From contig OZ242195.1 of NCBI GenBank assembly GCA_965205975.1, positions 288,001 to 352,000 on the forward strand: DNA of 64,000 bases, written 5' to 3'. Below the pieces are notes generated by a model. That model ran no database searches. It saw nothing but the letters and a program-made list of their open reading frames with translations, and was not told the origin of the DNA. Both the position numbers and the translations under genes were made by a program. Position 1 is the first letter of the stretch; each line of letters begins with the position of its first letter. Below are positions 57,266 to 64,000 of the stretch, piece after piece. This DNA comes from Candidatus Latescibacterota bacterium. Lineage in GTDB: Bacteria > Latescibacterota > UBA2968.

Positions 57266-57955
57266 ATGCCCCCAAAAAAATCCGTGACTATTGAATATAT
57301 CAAGGCCATCTTACTCGCGTTTGCACTCGCGCTTTTTATTCGCATATTTGTCGTGCAGGCATTTCGCATTCCTTCAGGATCGATGGAAAACACTTTGCTG
57401 GTCGGAGATTTTTTGCTGGCAAATAAATTTATTTACGGTGCTCGCATTCCCTTTACCGACATTCGCCTGCCCGCGTGGCGTTCGCCAGATTCCGGCGATA
57501 TTGTCATTTTTCAGTATCCCAGAGACCCATCCCGCGACTTTATCAAACGCATTGTTGCAGGTCCCGGGCAGAAAGTTGAAATTAAAGATAAAATCCTTTA
57601 TGTTGACGACAAACGCGCGATTGATCCATCCAGAGCCAAATATATCGATTCTGTTATTCTCAGACGGAGATCGGTGGCCAATACGCGGGATAACTACGGG
57701 CCTAAGATCGTGCCCGAAGACTGCTATTTCGTGATGGGCGACAACCGCGACAGCAGTGAAGACAGTCGATACTGGGGTTTTCTCAAGCGCGATCTCATTC
57801 GGGGAAAAGCATTTATTCTCTACTGGTCCTGGGCACCTGATGATCGCGTCCCCGCATATAGCAACGTGACGTCTCTATTCGGTATCGCGCTCTATAATCT
57901 GTTTCGCTTTCCCGAGCGCGTGCGCTGGCGGCGCATTGGTATGCTCGTGGAGTGA
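57266..57955 (+). CDS. lepB: Signal peptidase I
   Basis: IPSGSMENTL (Ser), FIKR (Lys), GDNRDSSEDSRYWG. Confidence 0.96.
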   Translation: MPPKKSVTIEYIKAILLAFALALFIRIFVVQAFRIPSGSMENTLLVGDFLLANKFIYGARIPFTDIRLPAWRSPDSGDIVIFQYPRDPSRDFIKRIVAGPGQKVEIKDKILYVDDKRAIDPSRAKYIDSVILRRRSVANTRDNYGPKIVPEDCYFVMGDNRDSSEDSRYWGFLKRDLIRGKAFILYWSWAPDDRVPAYSNVTSLFGIALYNLFRFPERVRWRRIGMLVE

Positions 57956-57962
57956 AGATTTC

Positions 57963-59072
57963 ATGCACTTCAGCCTTTACATCCATATCCCATTTTGTCA
58001 CTCGCGCTGTCCGTATTGCGATTTTGCATTTGTGGTGGGCAAAAATCATCTGGCGAAGCGCTATATGGATGCGGTGATTGTTGAAATGCAAAATCGCATA
58101 CAATCTCTTGGAATGCCACCTGTGTTCAACACGCTTTACTTTGGAGGAGGCACGCCTTCGGCAATACCGCCTGGACAGTTGAATCGGATCACGACAAATG
58201 CGAAAAGCGCGGTCGCTCCCGATGCAGAGATTACGGCAGAGGCCAATCCAAATGATCGCAAGCACTTTAAAAAATTATATGAACACGGCATCAACCGCTT
58301 GAGTCTGGGCGTGCAGGCATTTACAGATCGCGCACTCAAAGCACTCGGCCGATTTCACACGGCATCAGATGCGATAGGCGCGTTTCGTGCCGCCCGCGAT
58401 GTGGGGTTTAAGAACATAAGTATCGACCTTATGTACGGTGCGCCGGAACAGACGTTTGAAGAATGGGCAACGAGTATTCAGAGGGCCATTGACCTGTGTC
58501 CCGAACATATCTCGGTATATGGTCTCACGATTGAGCCTCAGACCAATTTTGCGCGCCGCTTTCAAAAGGGGAAATTGGATGTGCCGCCTGAAACCGATCA
58601 GGCCGAGATGTATATGTATGCTATTGACCAACTCGAAGCTGCCGGGTACATACATTACGAAATTTCCAATTTTGCCCAACCGGGATTTGCGTCGCGTCAC
58701 AATCTCAACTACTGGCATGATCGCCCCTATCTGGGCGTTGGTTTATCTGCACATTCGTATCTCGACAATCGGCGATTCTGGAATGTGCGCGATCTCACGA
58801 CTTATATGCAGCATATTGAGGCAACCGGATTTGCGCTGGAAAGAGAAGAACAGCTTACACCGACGCAACATCTGCTGGAGCGCATTATGCTGGGGTTGCG
58901 CCAGCGTCGGGGGCTTCGTGCAGAGTTTTTGAGTCATCCAAAAATCCACAAACAGTATATCGCGATGACAAACCAGCACTTGCTGGAACGAACTGATAAC
59001 CGCGTTCGTCTGACACGGCGAGGTCTCCTGCTCGCCGATCTGGTATGCACCGAACTCGTTAGAGAATTATAG
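57963..59072 (+). CDS. hemW: Radical SAM heme chaperone HemW
   Basis: YIHIPFCHSRCPYCDF, FGGGTPS, YEISNF, HNLNYW. Confidence 0.92.
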   Translation: MHFSLYIHIPFCHSRCPYCDFAFVVGKNHLAKRYMDAVIVEMQNRIQSLGMPPVFNTLYFGGGTPSAIPPGQLNRITTNAKSAVAPDAEITAEANPNDRKHFKKLYEHGINRLSLGVQAFTDRALKALGRFHTASDAIGAFRAARDVGFKNISIDLMYGAPEQTFEEWATSIQRAIDLCPEHISVYGLTIEPQTNFARRFQKGKLDVPPETDQAEMYMYAIDQLEAAGYIHYEISNFAQPGFASRHNLNYWHDRPYLGVGLSAHSYLDNRRFWNVRDLTTYMQHIEATGFALEREEQLTPTQHLLERIMLGLRQRRGLRAEFLSHPKIHKQYIAMTNQHLLERTDNRVRLTRRGLLLADLVCTELVREL

Positions 59073-59972
59073 ATGGAATTTCACATCCGGCTACCCGGTT
59101 CCACTGCCAATCTCGGCCCCGGTTATGATGCACTGGGCATGGCGCTGTCCATTTACAATCATGTCGCGGTAAAAACCCGTTCTCAATCGGGCGTGTCGTT
59201 TGGCATAGAGGGTGAAGGCGGGGGTATTTTGCCCGCTGATGAGGAAAATCTCTTCTATTGCGCCGCGCAATTCACCGCTCAACGCACAGGCAAAACACTG
59301 CCCGGAATCGATGTCCACATGCACAATACTGTGCCCCTTGCCCGGGGATTGGGCAGCAGTTCAACTGCCATTGTCGGCGGTGTTATTGCGGCTAACTGCC
59401 TTTTAGGTGAACCCTTTTCACAGATGGAGATGCTCGATATTGCCACGGCTATTGAAGGGCATCCGGACAATGTCTCGCCCTGCTTGCTCGGCGGCCTCAC
59501 TGCTTCTACTATGGATGGCAACCGCGTTGCATGCGTGCGCGCCCTGCCGCCGAGAGAATTGCGCGCTGTGGTCGCCATTCCCGAATTTGAACTCAAAACA
59601 GAAGATGCCCGCAATGTCTTGCCCAATACCGTTTCTCACGGTGACGCCGTTTTCAGTACAAGCCGAGCGTGCATTGTTACGGCAGCACTGATCACGGGAA
59701 ATTTTGAGTATCTCGGCGTTGGCATGGAAGACCGATTGCATCACCCCTATCGAGCAAAACTCATTCCGGGTTTTGATCAGATACTCGCAGAAGCGGTCAA
59801 CGCAGGTGCCTGGGGTGCCGCGCTTTCGGGCGCGGGACCGACTCTCATCGCGCTTACGACCCAAAATGCCGACACTATTGGGCGGGCTATGATCGATATT
59901 TGGGCAAAAAAAAATATACAAGCGCGTTATCGCATCCTCAAAGTTGATCCATCGGGAGCCACCGTCACATGA
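59073..59972 (+). CDS. thrB: Homoserine kinase
   Basis: STANLGPGYD, PLARGLGSS, EGHPDN, LSGAGPT. Confidence 0.95.
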   Translation: MEFHIRLPGSTANLGPGYDALGMALSIYNHVAVKTRSQSGVSFGIEGEGGGILPADEENLFYCAAQFTAQRTGKTLPGIDVHMHNTVPLARGLGSSSTAIVGGVIAANCLLGEPFSQMEMLDIATAIEGHPDNVSPCLLGGLTASTMDGNRVACVRALPPRELRAVVAIPEFELKTEDARNVLPNTVSHGDAVFSTSRACIVTAALITGNFEYLGVGMEDRLHHPYRAKLIPGFDQILAEAVNAGAWGAALSGAGPTLIALTTQNADTIGRAMIDIWAKKNIQARYRILKVDPSGATVT

Positions 59973-61687
59973 TTATCTCTATGGCATATCCGGGACGCTA
60001 TATGCGTCTTTTTTATATCGCGCTTGTGGGTTTGCTCATTTTTGACTTCGCGGTTTACCCTTTAGCCGCACATGCGCAATCTCGCCGCACTGCACGGCAA
60101 ACCGGGGAAAAAACCGAGGGCCAATCTCCCAGACCCTTTACCACATCTGATCTCCAAGAATCAGAAAAAGAAACCGCGCAACCGGTTGAAATCAAAAGCA
60201 TTGGCAAAGCAGCCTACGATGCGGTTATTCGCTCGGGGCGCTATATTATCGGGCCGGGCGATGTTTTTGCCGTTGTGCTCAACAGGGATGAAGAAATCAA
60301 AACCTTTGAAGTCCCCGTCGGCGCGGGTGGTAGCTTGCTCTTCCCGTCTATCGGCGCCGTGCCCGTTGCATCTTTATCGCTTGCAGACGCCAACGAAGCC
60401 ATCCAGGCGGCGATCAAAAAACGCTTTTATCAACTCGATATCTCCATCAGCCTCGCACGCCTGCGTATTTTTCCCGTCAATGTGGTTGGCGAAGTACACA
60501 TGCCAGGTGCCGTTGACCTTGAAGGTGTCGAACAGGCGTCGCAGCTCATCACCAAAGCCGGAGGCATCATTGACGACTTTGGCCGCAAAGGCTCCAGCCG
60601 CAACATCCAGATCATGCGTCTCGAAAATGGACAATGGCACAACACGGGACGCAGGGTTGATCTCGATCTGTGGAATCGCACGGGCAAAGCAGAGTACAAC
60701 CCCTTCATGCTCGACGGTGAACAAATTTTTGTGCCCGTTGCCCACAGCGATTCCATCCATATCACTGGCGCAGTACAATACCCGGGCAGTTATGAATTTG
60801 CGCCCGGTGATCGCGTGTCCGATCTCATTGTTTTGAGCAATGGTCTGCGTGCTCATGCCCCTCCCCAACGCGCTCAATTGTCGCGCCTGTCGCAAAATGG
60901 CGAGTCGATACCCGTAACCATCGATCTCGCCCGTGCGCTTACAGGTGATCCCAGCGCGAACCTCCCTTTGCAAGCGGGTGACAAACTCTATGTTATCGGC
61001 GAGACAAAGTGGGTTTATGTTGAAGGCGAGGTAAAATTCCCTGGTTCTTTTCTTTTACAAGAGGGGCTTCGCCTCAAAGAATTATTACAGCAGGCCGAAC
61101 TCACACCCGAAGCATCCGTGGTTCAGGCGTCTCTTATTCGCAAAGTCAATTTTGGAGAACAGACCATCGAAGACGACCCCGCGCTCAATAGATTGCTCGG
61201 CATTCCCCGCACGCAGCGCACCGATGCCGAAGAGGCCCTCATTACCCTCAAAACCCAGCAATTTTCAGGGCGTTTGCCCGTTGATTTTGTAGCGCTCATG
61301 GCCGGCGACGATCGGCACAATATCATCCTGCAAGATGGCGATGTCGTTCGCATTCCCAGATTTGTGCCTTCTGTGCGCGTGACAGGTGCGGTTGTCGCAC
61401 CTGCGAATATTCCCTACGATGCGGTGCTTACGGTTGGCGGTTATATTGACCTTGCTGGCGGTTTTAACACGCGTGCAAAACGAAAAGATATTATTATTGT
61501 TGAGGGCAATACGGGCAATGCCATAGACGCCACAGCAGAATCGATCGTGCGTCCCGGCGACGCGATTTTTGTCCCCCCACGAGAGATCGTACCGGGGCAG
61601 GGCTATCGGATTTTGAGAGAAGCTATTGCTATGGTGGGTGCTGTTGCATCGGTTGTTCTAACTATTACGGTGATACTCCAGCAATGA
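59969..61687 (+). CDS. Polysaccharide export protein with multiple SLBB domains (Wza/KpsD-like)
   Basis: YIIGPGD, VNVVGEV..PG, ITGAVQYPG, VEGEVKFPG, LQDGD, YIDLAGG; C-terminal hydrophobic helix. Confidence 0.88.
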   Translation: MIISMAYPGRYMRLFYIALVGLLIFDFAVYPLAAHAQSRRTARQTGEKTEGQSPRPFTTSDLQESEKETAQPVEIKSIGKAAYDAVIRSGRYIIGPGDVFAVVLNRDEEIKTFEVPVGAGGSLLFPSIGAVPVASLSLADANEAIQAAIKKRFYQLDISISLARLRIFPVNVVGEVHMPGAVDLEGVEQASQLITKAGGIIDDFGRKGSSRNIQIMRLENGQWHNTGRRVDLDLWNRTGKAEYNPFMLDGEQIFVPVAHSDSIHITGAVQYPGSYEFAPGDRVSDLIVLSNGLRAHAPPQRAQLSRLSQNGESIPVTIDLARALTGDPSANLPLQAGDKLYVIGETKWVYVEGEVKFPGSFLLQEGLRLKELLQQAELTPEASVVQASLIRKVNFGEQTIEDDPALNRLLGIPRTQRTDAEEALITLKTQQFSGRLPVDFVALMAGDDRHNIILQDGDVVRIPRFVPSVRVTGAVVAPANIPYDAVLTVGGYIDLAGGFNTRAKRKDIIIVEGNTGNAIDATAESIVRPGDAIFVPPREIVPGQGYRILREAIAMVGAVASVVLTITVILQQ

Positions 61688-62874
61688 ATATGGAATCTGA
61701 ACGCAATATTCTCGATCACATTCACGTTCTCGTGCGCTGGCGGCGCATGATTCTCTTATGCTTTTTTGCGGTCACGCTGGTCACGGCGGGCATTTCGCTC
61801 GTCTTGCCCGAAGCGTACCGCGCTTATGCCACGGTCTATCCACCGCAAGATGCTGGCGGTGGTCTCGGTGGGCTATCGACTCTTTTGCAAGAACTGCCCC
61901 TCAATTTGATGGGGCTGGGTAGTGAGGCCGTATCCGCCACAGAATTTGTTCTGGTCGTTGAAAGCGAAAGCGTGCGCCTATCCGTTGCCAGGCGTTTTGA
62001 TCTCGCTGTGCGCTATGGGGCCAGCCATCAAAGCGAGTTACTGGACATGATCGCCAATCGCCTGCAAGTCGATCTCTCCCGCGAGCAATTTCTCACAATT
62101 TCCTACGAAGCCGATTCCCGAGAACTGGCGGCAGAATTGACCAATGCGTTTGTTGAAGAACTCAAAAACGCGCTTGAACAACGCAGCCAGAACAAAACGC
62201 GCCCTTATCTGGCCTATCTCACGGAGCGGCTCAAAGAAGCCGAACAGGATATGCTCGAAGCCGAGAGACGCTATCGGGATTTTCAGAACAAACACATGAT
62301 CATAGATGTTGAAACGCAGGCGAAGACGCAGTTGGAAATCGCTTCCGGTCCCATCGGCTCGCTGGCAGAACTCATTGTCAAACGCGATGTGCTGTCGCTA
62401 CAGATGACAGCAGACAATCCCGAACGCAAAAAACTCGATCTTGAAATCCAAAAAACGCGCGAGGTGCTCGACGATTTGCTTATGGGCCAATTTCCCGATA
62501 GCCTGCACAGTCGTAGCGATTCGGGTGGACAATTGCCAGAGATTTTCAAGCCCTTTCGACAATTGCCCGAATTGGGCCTGGCCGCGCTACCCCTCATCCG
62601 AGATATTGAAATCCAGAACGCCATCTACCAGTTTGTCAAACAGGAATACGAAAAAACGCGATTTGAAGATGAAAAGGGCATACAGGTGGTTACAGTCCTG
62701 GATTATGCGCGACCTCCCGATACGCGCAGCTATCCGCGCCGCAGCCTCATGGTCACTGTTGCGGGAGGCCTCAGCCTGGTATTGAGTTGCTTGTTTGCCT
62801 TTGTATTTGAAGCTTTGAAGAATCTAACCCCGGAGAATCGTGCTAAAATCGATGCCATATCAGATGAATTGTGA
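61684..62874 (+). CDS. Wzz/GumC-like polysaccharide co-polymerase (chain-length determinant)
   Basis: N- and C-terminal TM helices, coiled coil, VLDYARPPD..SYPRR; no kinase domain. Confidence 0.85.
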   Translation: MNMESERNILDHIHVLVRWRRMILLCFFAVTLVTAGISLVLPEAYRAYATVYPPQDAGGGLGGLSTLLQELPLNLMGLGSEAVSATEFVLVVESESVRLSVARRFDLAVRYGASHQSELLDMIANRLQVDLSREQFLTISYEADSRELAAELTNAFVEELKNALEQRSQNKTRPYLAYLTERLKEAEQDMLEAERRYRDFQNKHMIIDVETQAKTQLEIASGPIGSLAELIVKRDVLSLQMTADNPERKKLDLEIQKTREVLDDLLMGQFPDSLHSRSDSGGQLPEIFKPFRQLPELGLAALPLIRDIEIQNAIYQFVKQEYEKTRFEDEKGIQVVTVLDYARPPDTRSYPRRSLMVTVAGGLSLVLSCLFAFVFEALKNLTPENRAKIDAISDEL

Positions 62875-62891
62875 GTAAGCGAGGTATTTCC

Positions 62892-63920
62892 ATGCAAAAA
62901 TTATCCCGGGATTCTACAATTCTCACCACTACAGTGGGATCTTATCCACTGCCCGACTGGCTCGTGGCAGCACCGAGTGAAACCGCCGTTGTGGATGCCA
63001 CGCGCGTTATCTTTGATACGCAGCGTCAAGCCGGGATTGATCTGCCCACCGATGGCGAACTCTACCGATTTGACATCAACCATCCAGAGACCAATGGCAT
63101 GATCGAATATTTTGTGCGTCCTATGGGTGGTACACGTGCCGATTTTGGGCGTACTGAGGTCGAGGTATTTCGCCAGCGACAATCCATGGACTTTCGCGCC
63201 AAACCCGCTGCTGTTGTCGATGACGCGCTCTCAGAGGGGTCGCTCGATTTGTTATCCGACTGTTTGCGCGCGGCAACCATCGCAGGCGGGCCCTTCAAAT
63301 TTACGCTTACCAGCCCCTATATGCTTGCCCGCACCTTACTCGACAATTACTACGGCGATTTTGAAGCCCTGCTCATGGGGGTGGCAGATGTGTTGGCCGG
63401 TCAGGTGCGCGGTTTGCCATGCGCCTGTGTACAGGTCGATGAAGCCAATATTCCGGGCAACCCTGAGGACGGACCTATCGCAGCGAAGGCGATTAATACG
63501 GTACTCGATGCGATTGATTCCGATACTGAAAAAGCTGTTCATTTTTGTTTTGGAAATTACGGTGGGCAAACCATCCAACGCGGCACATGGCGCGCGCTTA
63601 CCGCTTTCCTCAACGACCTGCACACCGATCACCTCGTGCTCGAGCTCGCCCATCGTCCTGATGATGATCTGGTTGCTCTGAAAGAAATTGATCCGCGCAT
63701 CAAACTTGGCATCGGCGTGATCGACATCAAAAGCAATCATGTTGAAACCGCGGAACAGATTGCCCGACGCCTCGCCCAGGCTGAAAAAGAACTCGGTCCG
63801 GGGCGCATCGCATTTATTCATCCCGATTGCGGGTTCTGGATGCTCAAACGCTCGGTAGCTGATCTCAAGATCGCAGCTCTCGCACAGGGTAGAGATCTCT
63901 ATTTGGGACGTGTGAAGTGA
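62892..63920 (+). CDS. Cobalamin-independent methionine synthase catalytic-domain-only protein (MetE C-terminal-like)
   Basis: TTTVGSYP, TDGE, QVDE; Zn ligands HFC, E, PDCG. Confidence 0.85.
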   Translation: MQKLSRDSTILTTTVGSYPLPDWLVAAPSETAVVDATRVIFDTQRQAGIDLPTDGELYRFDINHPETNGMIEYFVRPMGGTRADFGRTEVEVFRQRQSMDFRAKPAAVVDDALSEGSLDLLSDCLRAATIAGGPFKFTLTSPYMLARTLLDNYYGDFEALLMGVADVLAGQVRGLPCACVQVDEANIPGNPEDGPIAAKAINTVLDAIDSDTEKAVHFCFGNYGGQTIQRGTWRALTAFLNDLHTDHLVLELAHRPDDDLVALKEIDPRIKLGIGVIDIKSNHVETAEQIARRLAQAEKELGPGRIAFIHPDCGFWMLKRSVADLKIAALAQGRDLYLGRVK

Positions 63921-63938
63921 GAAGTGTGAAGTGTGAAA
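63911..63938 (+). repeat. Heptamer tandem repeat (TGTGAAG)x4, imperfect
   Basis: TGTGAAG TGAGAAG TGTGAAG TGTGAAA, spanning the stop codon. Confidence 0.7.
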
Positions 63939-63944
63939 ATTCGT

Positions 63945-63968
63945 GTAGGAGCGGCATCCCTGCCGCGA
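63945..63968 (+). repeat. GTAG-type REP element
   Basis: GTAG-GA-GCGGCA-TCCC-TGCCGC-GA: GTAG tetranucleotide followed by a GC palindrome. Confidence 0.65.
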
Positions 63969-64000
63969 ATGCAGGTCCCCAATGTGTCTATTTTACCATG

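Noticed and set aside
60072..60836. 254-aa alternative-frame ORF in the SLBB gene (also 37119..37958)
   Set aside because: Same-strand off-frame ORFs rich in S/P/R, typical of codon-bias artefacts; the host frames are uninterrupted.
1..64000. Prophage, integrase, transposase, rRNA or tRNA genes
   Set aside because: No such motifs were seen in any ORF or intergenic region by eye; a tRNAscan/Infernal run would confirm.

Overview
A 64 kb, gene-dense bacterial chromosomal segment. A PorV-like barrel, a GWxTD protein, a zincin/PD40/Omp85 fusion and D-(S/T)-x sequons suggest a diderm of the FCB group or a related candidate phylum (inference only). Most of the right half is housekeeping: yicC-gmk-rpoZ-coaBC-UDG-dnaB-radA-kptA-DAC-...-moxR, divergent from lepA-lepB-hemW-thrB-wza/wzz-metE-like. 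The best candidate for an undescribed system is at 964-4991 (- strand), an AT-richer, translationally coupled two-gene cassette. Gene 1 fuses a TIR domain, 9 TPRs and a type IIG restriction-modification target-recognition (TaqI_C-like) domain, with no methyltransferase or nuclease. Gene 2 is an ABC-type ATPase with a C-terminal HEPN-like (PrrC/RloC-like) domain. The pair is a plausible anti-phage guard/decoy system. Other uncharacterised modules: a 1617-aa degenerate M28-peptidase/FtsX fusion paired with an OPT-like transporter; a lipoprotein with an active and a catalytically dead L,D-transpeptidase; a CP-ATP-grasp/alpha-E/transglutaminase locus; an orphan YefM antitoxin; a DacZ-type diadenylate cyclase linked to radA; and a structured lepA leader. 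No rRNA, tRNA, CRISPR array, integrase or transposase was seen. All calls come from reading motifs by eye; no database searches were run.
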